Below are positions 1-13,330 of a stretch of 64,000 nucleotides of DNA, piece after piece. Every line of letters starts with the position of its first letter. Positions within the stretch are counted from its first letter, which is position 1. Made by a program: the position numbers and the translations under genes. The notes under the pieces are model-generated. The model was not told where the DNA came from. It searched no databases and saw nothing but the letters and a program-made list of their open reading frames with translations. The stretch comes from Mobula hypostoma. Taxonomy: Eukaryota. The DNA lies in the NCBI RefSeq assembly GCF_963921235.1, contig NC_086107.1:103480001-103544000 (forward strand). The letters run 5' to 3'.

Positions 1-140
1 GGATAATTTCAGTTTAAATATGGGAACGCATCGACATTGATTGCCATCAGTAATGGTGCACAAAATGTAATCCTGGAGGTCAAGAATTCTGCAGAGGAAA
101 TGAACATGAGTGTTAAGTGACTGAGGAAAGAGAACTTAAT

Positions 141-362
141 TTTATTTTACTTAGAGATGCAGCACAGTGACAGGCACTTTCAGCCCGACGAGCCCGCGCC
201 ACCTAATTACACAAAAATGGGCAACTAACCTAATGACTCGCACATTTTTGGGATGTGGGAGAAAATACATGCAGTCACGGAGAGAGCTTACAAACTCCTT
301 ACAGACAGCAGCAGGAATTGAACTCAGGCTGCTGGCACTATGAAGCTGTTACGCGAATGCAG
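141..362 (-). mobile_element. HE1/V-SINE-like tRNA-derived SINE, decayed
   Basis: B-box-like GGAATTGAACTC on +; CR1/HER1-like tail (TATCTCTAAATAAA-type) on -; homologous to 38458-38759, 51580-51812 and 63685-63945. Confidence 0.65.
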
Positions 363-977
363 TATGGAGGTTATGAGAGTATATTTTGGCAGACGTAATG
401 AAAATTAAAATTTCAACGTGAAAGTTATCTCTGATAGACTACATTTGAACTAAATGGATCAAGTGCAGTCAATAACTCAAATTGTTGCTTACTTTTCTTT
501 CTGCTTAATAATTGATTAAGTAGATGCATCATGTTTGTTAGAGAAATCCCATCAAAGTTAACAGATGCACAATTCTAAATTTTTAAAAAGTTCATAAGAA
601 TCAATAGCAGCATTCTTAGCCAGCAGTAATAATTGCAACTTATTCCATTATAAACTACATGAAATAAGCTTTATAAATAATTGTTTCAGAGAGAACGACT
701 AATTACAGAGTAAATAAGGTAAATATTATGCCAAGTACACTGGATCTAACAGGATGTTTTGTAGTTGTCAATGTAACAGCAGTGATTGGTGTATTGTACA
801 TTCAGTGCATTTTCAATCACCGTTATATTCACAAAGCTGCAGCTGTGTTAATACCTCGATCACAGCCAACTCATTTTGAGAAACAGTGCATTTGGGTCAT
901 GGGATAAGTAACACTGAAAGTCATACTTAGAGCAATTTCCTGAGACTTTGGTACTATAGAATCGACCTCTGAGTAGT

Positions 978-1105
978 AACACACACAGGAAATGTCTGGC
1001 AACATCCATGGAGAGGAATAAGGAGTTAACATTTCAGAGTTCCTCCAGCATTGTGTGTGTGTTATGTTACTCTGGATTTACAGCATCTGCAGAATCTCTT
1101 TTGTT
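978..1105. mobile_element. Decayed Penelope-like fold-back insertion
   Basis: AACACACACA...TGTGTGTGTT inverted ends, CAGCATCTGCAGAATCTCTT tail, degenerate TSD TCTGAGTAGT/TCTGAATGGT. Confidence 0.5.
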
Positions 1106-1122
1106 TCTGAATGGTGAAGTTT

Positions 1123-1310
1123 TCTGTTGTCGTTGTTTTTCTTTGCACCTTGTAGTGCATCGGGTGGCAACCTTTTAGCTTTTTTTTTACGAGGCCGAGT
1201 TGCTAGCTTGACGCTCAACCCAGTATGGATGGAAAGCGTGAAAGGATCCGGCTGGATTCAAACATGAGACCATTCGCCTCGAAGTCTGAAGCGGATGCCA
1301 CACCACCACC
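1123..1310 (-). mobile_element. tRNA-derived SINE (family B)
   Basis: Reverse complement of the copies at 18191-18393 and 50187-50382 (GGTGGTGTAGTGG A-box, GTTCGAATCC B-box). Confidence 0.7.
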
Positions 1311-2489
1311 ACTATCTGAGGTCTTCTGGGGATTGCAATTTTGGATCCATTTTGATGCTGGCTTCATCCTGACTGGTTTTGAGCATGTTATTAAACTGCT
1401 GCATCTGAACACACATTTGCTGCATGATCCCTCAAAAATATTTGAAGTTATAGATGTTGGTGTAGCTTGGCTAAGAGTCAGCTGAAACGTTTCAGTTGTC
1501 TTCAAAATAATGAAAGTACAATAATAATTGACACTTTCGCCATGAGTTATAGTCCACTACAGAGGCAAAGATACTGAGATTGAAGAATAAAATATAGTTA
1601 GCAGAGGGCAATGAATAAATCAAAGGGAAAGTTAAGCCTTCCCATTTCTTCGCATTTAAAAAAAATCTTTGTGCTCAATGTGTGAGATGTTAACGCCTTA
1701 GAATGGATCTGTAGAGGTATCCAGTACCAGCATGAAGTGCTCACAGACAATGTGCTGCTAATATGTTGCATATTTTCACATAGTACATCAGCCCACATCA
1801 AACCCTGTCACTTCATCAGTCATAAATTATCCCTAAGTCCCTTTGTTAGTTGATCCATTGTCTTGAGTGAATCCAATTAGTGGTGAACAAATTATTACTC
1901 GACAAACTTATGCCAGTGACATTAAACCTGATTTTGATTCTGATGATTAGAATGCTCTAGGCCTGTGTATTTTGTGACTAGATTAAGGCAGGATCTTTGC
2001 AGTCAGCCCACGGAGGAAAATTTCTCTGAAATTCTGAGGTTGGATTTGAATTATCACTGAGGTGAAAAGCAGATGTCAAACTTGCTGCTGTATTACCTAG
2101 TTTTACAAATGCAACGTTACCTGCACACCTAATTTAGTTGTATTAGTGCTTACGGTGTAGTGATATGTAGAAACAACACATCCAAATTAAACAACATCAT
2201 AAAATTAGTCCAGATATTTTCAGTGATGCAGTCTGAAACATTGCAACATATCCTGTGTCTCTCAATGTCTCATTCCAATGTCATCAAAATTATAATACTT
2301 TTATTGAAAGATACGGGTGATGTATCATATCCCTGTAGTCATCGACGTTGCTTTCACTGGTGTAGGTTTAATCCCAGTGACTGGCTGATATATTAGAGGA
2401 GCCACTTCTATCTCATCTCCCTGCCTTTGAACCAGTATTTTGTGTGATCATCATTACAAGGCTGCCAACTCATTTGGGTTCATGAGAAG

Positions 2490-3340
2490 CTTCAAAGATT
2501 CCAACTGCATTTATTCTCAAAGTATGTCTGCAGCATACAACCCTGAAATTTGTCGTCTCAACAGACAGCCACGAAACAATGAACCGTGGAACCAGCCTGT
2601 TCAGAGAAAAACATCAATCCCCCCCCCATGTGCAAAAAATAATTGTGCAAGCTGCAACAAAAAAAGTGCAAAAACACAGAATACAAAACACAAAATCAAA
2701 AGGCATATTTCAGTTCAGCTCAGTGTTCATTACATTATCTCCAGGCCAGCCCGATTCAAAAATTGTCCAAAAGTAGCGAAAAACAAAATGAGAGACCAGT
2801 GAATGAGTCCAAATCTACAAACCGCGGCGATTAAACCTTGCTCCGGCACCAAAGTATGCTGCAGATATATTTTGAGAATAAATGCAGTTGGAATCTTTGA
2901 AGCTTCTCATAACCCAAATGAGTTGTCAGCCGAGGGAGAGAGATCACTCGAACACAAGGACCTTCCCTTGAGAGGAGCAAGCAAGAGAAGGAAAGAGAGA
3001 GACCGCCACACGCAGACTCCTTCCTCCAGCACCAGCGAGTGAGAGGCCGTAAGACAGTGCTGGACGCTTGCTTCCCCCTCTGCACCCGCCTCAATGATTG
3101 TAATCTTCCTCGGCACTTTAACCAGTGAGATCCATGAGAGATGAGGTTGATCATGGGCTCGCGCCCCTTCTCCAGGCTTCCCGGCCACCGTGCTGCAGGC
3201 TCTACTTGCAGCCTCGTGGAACTCTCTCAGAGACAGCAAACCGCCTGAAAACACACCACCAGAATGTAGATAACAGGCTCCAACAGTAGCAGAATCACAT
3301 TTGAAACAAAAAGAAGCCATAAAAGAAGTGAAAGGAGTTG
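2490..3340 (-). mobile_element. Non-autonomous Rex1/L2-tailed retroelement, decayed
   Basis: Shares the TCAAAGATTC...TTTATT tail and internal blocks (CAGAGACAGCAAA, AGAATCAYATTTGAAA) with 3830-4904. Confidence 0.5.
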
Positions 3341-3829
3341 CTTCAAGTTCTTGAGTTCATCAAAATCCGTTGATAGCTTGAAGTTGAATAGGAAGATTTA
3401 AGTGCTGTGTTGCGCGAGTTTAAGAAAAGGAGTTTTCTTAACTTTAGTGAAACTCCCACTAAATATGATACCAAGCTGAATGTTGCTATTTACTCAAGGT
3501 TCACGTTTATTTATCATGTGTACATCAAAACATGCAGTAAAATGTGTGGCCTGCATTTACAACCAACATACCTGTGGGTATGCTGAAGGCAGCCTGCAAG
3601 TATTGCCACATATTCCAATGCCAAAATAGCACTCCAAAAATGCTCGGCAGAACACGGGACACAGCAAGCTACTAAACAACACCAGCAAAAGCAAGCCCTG
3701 TTCCTCCACCCCACCTACACACATGCACACATGCACAGTCCTTTAACCCCAGAACAGGACACTCCTCTCATCCCCAAAAGTATTATTATGAACTTAAAAA
3801 AGAACAATTATAGGTCAATTTGGATAAAT

Positions 3830-4904
3830 TAAAGGATTCAAAGATTCAAAGTACATTTATTATCAAAGTATATATGCAGAATATAACTCTGAGATTCGTC
3901 TCCTGTAGGCAGCCACAAAACAAAGAAACACCATGGAACCTATTCAAGAAACATCAAACACACAGCATGCAAAGAACAAATTGCGTAAACGGCAAACAGC
4001 GAGCAAACAATACATAGAATATAAAACGTCAAACCAGCAGTCCAGTAGTACTCAGTTTAATTCAGTTCAGCGCCATGCCGCTAGCCCTCTGCAGGCTGCG
4101 GGGTCATTCTTGGCCAAAGTGCTCCAGTCTGCATTGATTGCCCCGATCAAACTGCTCAAAAACAGCAAAAAAAAGAGTATCCAGAATTCAGAAACACATT
4201 CAAAGTGAACCTTAAAGTCCCCAAAATGAGGCCACAGCCTTGCCGATCAATCTTTACAACATGGATCCCTAGACTCCTGCACTTCCCTCGGACAGCAACT
4301 AGTGAGGGGGGGAGGGAACGTCGACTCAGACCATGAGAGGCCTGCCTCGGGCATTTTCATGCCTTACAAGGCGTAGATTGGAAGTCTGTGTGGGGCGCCA
4401 CTCCTCACACAGACACTAGAGCAATGTGTGGTTAAGTGCCTTGCTCAAGGACACAAACACGCTGCCACAGCTGAGGCTCGAACTGGCGACCTTCAGATCA
4501 CTAGACGAACGCCTTAACCACTTGGCCACGTGCCCAACACAAGGGGGGAGGGGGAGAGGAAGACTGGTCAAACAGGCAGACAGTCCCAAACACCCACTCA
4601 TCCTCCGCTCTTGTCCACATCGACTTCAACCTTGCTGGATGCCTCAATCAGAGAGAAGCAATGGCGTTGAACATGGTCTCCAGGCTCCAGGCCCCAGGCC
4701 GCACACTCTGCTCCAAAGTTCATTGAACTCCCTCAGAGACAGCAAAGCACCAGATCGCTCACAATTAGCCCAAAATGTCAATCACAGGTTCCAATCTCAC
4801 GCAGCTTAGTTGTAGAATCATATTTGAAAGAAGAAGTAAAATAAGTAATTTTGTGAACTGTCTGCATGATGTAGCCATTGGTCACGTTCGTTGGCGCCAT
4901 CTTG
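3830..4904 (-). mobile_element. Non-autonomous Rex1/L2-like retroelement hosting a SINE
   Basis: Minus-strand 5' end CAAGATGGCGCC; (TTTGAATC)n-type tail with AATAAA; interrupted by the SINE at 4318-4541. Confidence 0.55.
4318..4541 (-). mobile_element. tRNA-derived SINE (family C)
   Basis: Minus head GGGCACGTGGCCAAGTGGTTAAGG (A box) and GTTCGAGCC (B box); flanking AGGGGGGAGGG-like direct repeat; head shared with 26969-27279. Confidence 0.75.
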
Positions 4905-5174
4905 AAGAGTAGATACTTCTTTTAACACTTCCATTTAAGTCACATTCCAGCAGCCTCTCCTCCATCTGGATTAATCCTTTGAATTTAGGGGGTACGAAAG
5001 GTGACCTCCTTCAAAACTATAAGATGCTAAAAGGCTTGACGTTTTGCTATTGGAAGAGTGTCAAAAGAGGGAATGTAGTTATAAAGTAAAGGGGCTGATC
5101 ATTTAAAGCCAAGGTGTATAGGAATTTGAGGCTACTGAATATCTGGAAGTCTGTGCCCCAGAATAGGTGTAAGG

Positions 5175-5412
5175 GGTGGGAAGTTCAAGGGGGATATTAG
5201 AGGAAGGTTTTTTACTCAGAGAGTGGTTGGTGCGTGGAATGCACTGCCTGGGTTGGTGGTGGAGGCAGATACACTGGTGAAATTTGGGAGACTACTAGAC
5301 TCCTAGAATATGGAGGAATTTAAGTTCGGGGGTTATGTGGGAGGCAGGGTTTGCGGGCACAACATTGTGGGCCGAGGGGCCGGTACTGTGCTGTACTGTT
5401 CTATGTTCTATG
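5175..5412 (+). mobile_element. CR1-like LINE 3' fragment
   Basis: FFTQRVVGAWNALP-coding motif, GGGCCGAGGGGCC stem, (TTCTATG)n tail. Confidence 0.8.
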
Positions 5413-6375
5413 AATTATTAGGAATATTGAAGGTGATGATAGATAAGCATTTGAATGAGTGAGGGCTGTGGGAAAGTGGCATAGGAGAGGAGTTCAAGCT
5501 ACCATAGATTATCCATGATCATACTGAATTACGGAACAGGCTTGAGGAGCCCAAGGGGCCGACTTCAGCTCCTACCTTCCTGAGCTTTTTTCCTTCATTG
5601 TAGAAGGATAAGACAGAACAGCTGTGGAGGGCAGTATAATTGGACCCTATTCTCTTCTTCTGTAGCACTTTCTGATAAAGATCAAAGAGCCTGGCTGATC
5701 TTCATTTCTCCAAGCATAATAATTCTGCAGAAATAAAGGCTGATTGTGCCAAAATATGGACTCAGACAATTATTTCAAGCACGGGACTGTTTGAGATGCA
5801 GTGCTTTCCCAGATGACAAGTCACTGTATGGACAGTTATATTAACTCTCAGTAACAGACCTAGAGGACTGGAAGAAAAAAGGATAAACATCTGTGGAATT
5901 ACTCAGAAAATAAAGAGAGGACATGATGGATTTGTTGATATTAAAAACCTTTCTTTTTTAACAAAAAAAAGAAGAGTCATGTGTTGATTAGACTTAGGCA
6001 GGCAGCTGCATGTTTACTATTTTAGTTGCATAGAGTCAGTTGTTGCTGTGTGTTGCCTGTCTTGTAAAGTGCAGACTGTGCAAGTGTTAACCTACATCAA
6101 AAATGCCGGCTACTTCTGGTGGACATCTGTCTAAACTCTTTTAATCTCTGCGATTTTTTTTTGGGATCTTCTTTCGGCTGTTAGATTATAAACAAAAAGA
6201 GACTTGAATTTTTTAAAGTGTGCTTCTGTGTGGAGCGAATCAGGTCACATGGATCAAATGTCAGGGGTTGGATCTGAAAGTTGGAGTTCTCACTGTACTG
6301 TCAAAGCTCACCACCGCGGGCAGCGGTTTGTCCTAGAAAAGCTTTGAAACTCCTTGCCTCGAGTGGCCTTTTACC

Positions 6376-6502
6376 ATGCTGGGCAAGAGCAGGAAAATCA
6401 AATCTGTCTTGTCTGAGATTCTGTCCGTCACTGGCAGCAGCACATGGAAAGGACAGTGCTGCATTGATTGTATCCAGCACGGTTACCGTGGTATAAAAAA
6501 AG
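6376..6502 (+). CDS. MRTFA: Candidate alternative first coding exon of MRTFA (MLGKSRKIKSVLSEILSVTGSSTWKGQCCIDCIQHGYRGIKK + G)
   Basis: ACCATG Kozak, 42 open codons, AAG|GTTGGT phase-1 donor whose last G completes GTA (Val) with the exon at 42330; lies in repeat-free sequence. Confidence 0.5.
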
Positions 6503-7687
6503 GTTGGTCTTCTGCTTTTCGTGAGCATTGATATAAGAGGGCAGGAATGTTTGCTACAACAGTACAGTAAATGTAAATGAACTCAAAACCCAGAGGTCTG
6601 AACTAATGATTTAGATATGCATGCCATGATGTCAGCTGTGAATTTAAGTTGGACAATTAATCAGATGTGGAATATAACACCTATTACAGTAATGGTGACT
6701 GTGTAATTGTCAGACTTCCTAAAACACCTACTTGCTCCATGAAATCCTGCTAGCTTTATCCGGTCTGAACTATGGTTGACCCATAGAAATATGGTTGAAC
6801 TTTAATTGCTTACTCAACGATTCAGGAACAGCTTCCTCCCCTCTGCCATCTGTTTTCTGAATGGACATTAAATCCATGAACACCACTTCACTACTTTTTT
6901 ATTTCTATTTTTGCACGACTTACTTAGTTCAAGTTTTTTTATATATATACACACACAATTAATGTAATTTATTTTTTCCTATTACTATGTATTGCATTGT
7001 CCTGCTGCTGTAAAGTAAACAAATTTCACAACATATGCCAATGATATTAAACCTAATTCTGATTCTGATCATCTAGTCGTGCCCATCAGGCAAAATCTGG
7101 AACATCCTACGTTCCTCTGCACTACATCATGAGGAATGATCTTGACTGAAATATTGACTAGTCTTCTGCCTGCACAGATGCTGACTTCCTCCAGCAGTTC
7201 GCTTTTTTTTGCTCCAGGTTCTAGCATCTGCAGTCTTTTGTGCTGACATCCTACATCTATACCACTGATGGGAAGCAATCATAGCAAATAGTTACATAGT
7301 TGGGAGGTGGTGGTGCCTGGTGTCCTGAATGTTGACTCTCAACCCCTTTTAGTCAAATGTAAGCAATGGACCTCCCACTGACTACCATCTACCCTTCCGT
7401 CAGCTGATGGGTCAGGACTAAACGTAACCAGAAAGGAAGAATGTAACTAACTTGGGCAGCAAATGCTGTGTGGGTGGGGAATAGTTTGCTTGTCCCACTG
7501 ACCAAACTGGCAGAGTCCTGGATGGGATATTACCAGAGGCTAACAAGAATGCAGTTGCAATGCAGTGCCTAAACTCTACTGTACTTTAGTTGCCTTAATG
7601 TAATGGAGACTGATGGGCTTAAGGCTCAGAGTGTGGAGTAGAATCAGGCACTAAGGCTAATTCAGGAATGGAAATAATTTGGTTGCA

Positions 7688-8218
7688 AGTTCAAAGTAAA
7701 CTTATCATCAGTGTACAGATATGTCACCATAAACAACCCTAATATTAATTTTCTTGCAGGCATACTCAATACATCCATTATAGAATAATAACCATAATGG
7801 AATCCGTGAAAGACTGCAGCAACGGGGCGTTCAGCCAGTGTGCAGAAGACAACAAACTGTGCAAATGCAAAAGAAAGAAATAATAATAACTAAATAAGCG
7901 ATAAATATTGGGACCATGAGATAATGAGATCTTGAAAGTGAGTCCATAGGTTGTGGGGGCGTTTCAGTGATGGGGCAAGTGAAGTTGAGTGGAATTATCC
8001 ACTTTGCTCAAGAACCTGATGGTTAAGGGGTAATAAGGTGGTGGGGATCCCTGATGATGGTTGCTGGTTTCCTGTGACAATGCTCTGTGTAGATGTGGTC
8101 AATGGTCCCGTGATGGACTGGACCATATCCATTACTTTTGATTGGATTTTCCATTGAAGGGCATTGGTGTTTCCATACCAGGCTCTGATACAGCCAGTCA
8201 ATATACTCTCCACAACCT
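7688..8218 (-). mobile_element. Rex1/Babar-like LINE 3' derivative
   Basis: ESILTGCIRAWYGN motif (ORF 7995..8213) and TTTGAAC tail. Confidence 0.7.
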
Positions 8219-8979
8219 GCAGGACATGCTGAGAGTGGTGACAAAAACAAATGGGGTCCTGAGCTACATAAGTAGAAGCACTGGGTGCAAAAGCAAAGAA
8301 GTTGTATTACATCTTTATACTAAAAAATTGCTGGTGTTGTCTTAAGTTCTGGTTGAAAGATAGAAAGTAAAAGATTAGCTTTATTTGTCACATGTACATC
8401 AAAACATACAGTGAAATGCATCATTTGCATCAAATCAGCTAGGGTTGTACTGGGCATCTTGCAAGTATCGCCACACTTTTGTCACCATAGCATACCCACA
8501 ATTCACTAACCCTAACCGTAAGTCTTTGAAATCTGGAAGAAACTGGAGCACTTGAAGGAAACTCATGTGGTTACAGGGAGAATATACAAATTCCTTACGG
8601 ACAGTGGCGGGAATTGAGTGCCAGTTTTACAACTGGCCCACAGAACTAATGTTTGAGAGGAGCGCTTTCCAAGCTAAATCAAGCTGGGGCTTGGTTGGAA
8701 TTTGTGTTTTGATCAATATGGTGGCCCATCTAGTTTTATCCTTTCAACATAGCAGTGATTGTACATATTAAAAGGTTGCTAGATCATTTTAGTGGGCATT
8801 TAAGATTCAACCATATCATTCCTTTGTAATATTGGGACATTCGGCGTAACATAGAGTTTGACTGTAAAATTGCAGAATAAATCTGTTCTATCTAATGTGG
8901 ATCAGGAGCTCCAACAGGGCACCTAATCAGCTCTGAGTAGACTTAACTATTTCTTTAACAAGTATGGGAGTATGGCAAA

Positions 8980-9676
8980 CCAGTCCTCATAGAGGGTTTG
9001 GAAATGGAGAGAGTGTGTAATTTCAAGTTCGTGGGTGTCAATTTCTCTGGGGACCTAACCTGGATGCAACATATTGATGCAGCTATAAAGAAGGCGAGAC
9101 AGCTGCTATATTTCATTCAGAGTTTGAGGAGATTTGTTTTATCGACTAAAACACTCAAAAGCTTTTGTAAATGTGCTGTGGAGAGCATTTTGATTGGCCG
9201 CATCACTATCTGGCATGGGGGTTGTGGTGGGCTTCTGCACAAGATTGAAGTAAGTTGCAGAAAGTTGTAAAATTAGCTTCATTATGGATACTAGCCTCCG
9301 TAGTATCCAGGGCATCTTCAAGAAGCAGTGCCTTTGGAAAGCACCATCCATCATTAAGGATGCCTACCACCCATGACATGCCCTCTGCTCATTGTTACTG
9401 TTGGGAAGGAGGTACAGAATCCTCAGTGATTCAGGAACAGCTTCTTCTCCTCTGCCATCTGATTTCTAAATGGACGTTGAACCCATGAACACTACCTCAC
9501 TATCTTTTTATTTCTGTTTTTTAGTATTACTTATTTTAACAACTATTCAATAGACATATATTTACTGTAATTCATTTTTTTCATGTATTTATCATGTATT
9601 TCATTGTACTGCTGCCGTAAAATTAACAAATTTCACAACGTATGCTGGTGATATTAAACCTGATTCTGGTTCTGAT
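8980..9676 (+). mobile_element. Rex1/Babar-like LINE 3' fragment
   Basis: FKFVGVNFSGDLTW...KKARQLLYFIQSLRRF...ESIL (ORF 8998..9270), ATTAAACC(TGATTC)n tail; same family at 6810-7068, 11190-11915, 39775-40186 and 54340-54990. Confidence 0.8.
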
Positions 9677-11189
9677 TATTGTAGGGTGAATATAGAACAT
9701 TTTACAGAGGAAGGGGAAAAAACAAGGCTGGTATGCACTGCCAGAATTGATGACACTGGGAGGAAGAGCACTGAGGTTCAGCGATCAGGTTAAGGAATTA
9801 AGAGATGATCTGATTGATGACCTCTGCAATGCCCTTGCTAGTGAAATGTGAAAGATGTAAGTGTCAAGTTGATGGATACCTGATGCAGTGGGACCAGTCA
9901 TCGGGCACTACAGCACAGAAATAGGCCTTTCAGCCCATCTAGTTGGTGCTGAACTATTATTTGGCAGCAGAAAGTTTGTTTAAGCTGGACAGCTCAGAGC
10001 TGGGAAAATGAATAACCTCACAGGAAGGTTAAAGCTAGTGTTTCTGTTGGAACAGCTAAATTAGTTGAGAGGTAGAAATAATAATTGGTTGCAGTTTAGC
10101 AATGTACCCACAAGGGGGAAAGGGGAGGCAACCCAAAACCAGGGCTCCACCCACAAACAGGCTGAAATAAGAGTGGGTTGAAGTTTAGAAAGCTTAGAAT
10201 GACGAATGTCACTGTGATAATGGAAGAGGAATTCAGGTTGAAAATATGTACAGGGAACTGAAAAAACAAAGTGCAAAATCATATTTGTATACAGTAATAG
10301 TAATCTCTGAAGTTTTACAGCAGAAGTGGTTTCTTAGTGTTATGAGAGTAAAATTATCCAAGGAGCAGTGGGGGTGGAGAAGAACCACGATGGAGATTTA
10401 TTACTGGAAACAGAAGGGTTGGTTTAGGTACCAGGGTCATTGTGTCAGTGTGTACCAATGAAGAGAACTTTGTCAGACCTTTAGTAAATAAGAAGGTTGT
10501 CTGTAAACTGTAACACATTCAGGTAGAAAATAGAGCTATGATAAAGTATTAAGTGGATAAGTCACTTCTTTGGGTTGAGATGATTCCTAGATGGCAGAGG
10601 GAAGAGGAAACACAATTCTGGTAGTTAACTTGAACTCTTCCATACTTCTAGGCAGTAAGTTGGTGACAAATATTATGCACCTATTCCACACAATGCAGAA
10701 GGATAAACTGGCAATTATAGGTCAGTTAATCTAATACTAATTATGGGAAAGAATTTGGACAAACATAGTGAAGGAGAGCTGGCAGAGTGATTTTTAGTCG
10801 AGGAATGGAGTGGTTGAAGGTATTGCCTAATGTTGATATGGACATTCAAAGCATTCAGGACTTGAGCCAGATATTATAGATTTTCAGCATCTCTTTGGTT
10901 CCTCTTGTCATATTTGTCTGAGGGATCAAATTTCATTCTTCTAAACTTCATTGAGTATTGGACAATTATAATCTCTCGTTGGAGGACAACTCTTCAAGAA
11001 GGTGTGAATATTTTTGCATGATAAACCCCAGACTGTACACATTACTGTAGATGAGATGTCACACAACGGTGTGTAATCACCCAAAGGTGTCCTTGCTTTT
11101 GTACTCCAAACAACTTGCAACAAAATCCAAAATACTATCTGACATTCTAATTATTTGCTAAATGCATGTTTCATGGTTGCCTGTTTATA

Positions 11190-11915
11190 TTACGTGGACT
11201 TCAGAAAGGGTAAGATGAGAAAACACACACCAGTCCTCATAGAGGGATCAGAAGTGGAAAGAGTGAGCAATTTCAAGTTCCTGGGTGTTAATATCTGTGA
11301 GGATTTCACCTGGACCCAACATATCGATGCAACTACAAAGAAGGACGTCAGCAGCTGTATTTCATTAGAAGTTTGAGGAGCGTTGGTATGTCACTTAAAC
11401 ACTCGCAGATTTCTACAGATGTACTGTGGAGAGCATTCTAACTGTCTGCTATGGGGTGCTGCGCACAGGATCGAAGTAAGCTGCAGAAAGTTGTGAACTT
11501 AGCTGCACTGTCATGGGCACTAGCCTCCGTAGTATCCAGGAGATCTTCAAAGAGCGATGCCTGAAGAAGGCAGCGTCCATCATTAAGGACCCCTCACCAC
11601 CCAGAACGTGTCCTCTTCTCATTGTTACTGTCAGGAAGGAGGTGCAGAAGCCTGAAGACACACACTTAATAATTCAGGAACAGCTTCTTTCCCTGTCCCA
11701 TCTGATTTCTGAATAGACGTTGAACCCATGAACACTACCTCACTACTTTTTAATTTTTTTTGCACTATTTTTGATTTAACTATTTAATATTATACTTACT
11801 GTAATTTACATTTTTTTCTCTATTACTATATATTGCATTGTGCTGCTGCCACAAGGTTAACAAATTTCATGACGCATACCTGTGATATTAAACTGCGTTC
11901 TGATTCTGATTCTGA
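11190..11915 (+). mobile_element. Rex1/Babar-like LINE 3' fragment
   Basis: VDFRK...VERVSNFKFLGVNI motif, (TCTGAT)n tail. Confidence 0.8.
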
Positions 11916-12649
11916 CTTCTAATACTTAAGATGCCACATTCATGATGATCAGAAATGTAGGAGTGGTGGAAGCACATTAAGTATTAACAATTAAGTGGGA
12001 GTTAGAGAACATCAAAACTATTTGGAGGGCATATTTTAAAAGAGCACGGCAGTGGACGTAATTTGATAATGTTATCAAGAAACTTAACACGTCCAATAGA
12101 CCAAGCAGTTTTCCATACTGTAGGATTATGATTTTACATTGATGTTTACTTCATTCTTATTATTAGTTTTACTGATGCCACAATAAATTAAAATAGCTGT
12201 GAAAATGTAATTATAGCTGTGCTCTGCAGCTGGTAAGTCTATACACAAGAGCTTTATAAATAGATTGTATTGATGAGAGAAGTTGACCAATGACCTGCAT
12301 GGATGACATGAAGTTATATTTGGGTTGAGAGGCCATTTTCTTCCGTCTGATTAACTCTGACCTGAGGGGGCTTGGTTTTTGAATGAGATGCTTGTCAGTA
12401 AAAGCTTTCACTGGATTGAATAACTCATTGGACGTACCATCACTAGAATTTGCAAAGAGATCCTGATTGGAAACTCTTCAGATAAAAGCAAATGTAGAGA
12501 AGAAGCAGTCTTCTAGAAAGGTGATATATTAAAGCGTTGAAGTTTATTTTTGTTCACCATCTGCCTCCTGATGTTTGAGTCATTAGACCATTTCTCAGAG
12601 ACACTTTGCTTTGCGATCTGCCATGAAAAGCTATTTTAAAACATATTGC

Positions 12650-12772
12650 AAACAAGAGAAAATCTTCAGATACTGGAAATCCAAGGGTCTTGGCCCGAAA
12701 CATGGACGTACTCTTTTTCATAGATTCTGCCTGGCTTGCTGAGTTCCTCCAGTATTTTGTGTGTGTTGCTCA
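12650..12772. mobile_element. Penelope-like insertion made of an inverted tail piece plus a forward body
   Basis: 12-bp TSD AAAACATATTGC (12638-12649) / AAAACGTATTGC (12773-12784); remnant AAGGGTCTTGGCCCGAAAC hammerhead half. Confidence 0.75.
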
Positions 12773-13330
12773 AAAACGTATTGCTTACATTTTGCCTATG
12801 GACAGTGCTCAGCAAGCCCTATAAATTGCTGTAGTTTCTACTGTGCACACTTGAAAGATGCTTTTGTGTTGTATGGTATGTATGTGTTTCCATCCTTCAA
12901 CAGTGATAGTATATCTCTATCCATTTTTTTGAAATGTCTCTTTGTGCATGTCACCTGGCAGTTTGAAGGAGACATGTATGAAGCCGATGCTCCTGTCCAG
13001 TTTGTCTGCTTGCATTTCAAAATGGAAGTTATTTATTTTGTGTGTGTGACCGTGCACTTCACAGGGCAGAATGATATGTGGATTCAATACCAATTCTGTT
13101 GGTGCAAAGGGGTCACACTAACAATGCAAATATTTAGCATGGCAGTGAACTACTCTCCCCACTACAAGAAGAAACCACAAGAAAGCAGCATCAATCATCA
13201 AGGACCCCCGTCATCCAGGCCCATGCTCTCTTCTCATTCCTGCCATTGGGAAGGAGGTACTGGAGCCTTAGGTTCCACATCACTAGGTTCTGGAAATAAT
13301 TTGGAAGATGTGTAGCTCAGGCGGTTGAAG

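Noticed and set aside
4440..4541. tRNA-like sequences (also 18191, 27200, 50187, 63880)
   Set aside because: SINE heads attached to repeat bodies, not complete cloverleaf tRNA genes
12761..13315. 184-aa ORF
   Set aside because: Non-ATG start, spans repeat boundaries, no recognisable domain
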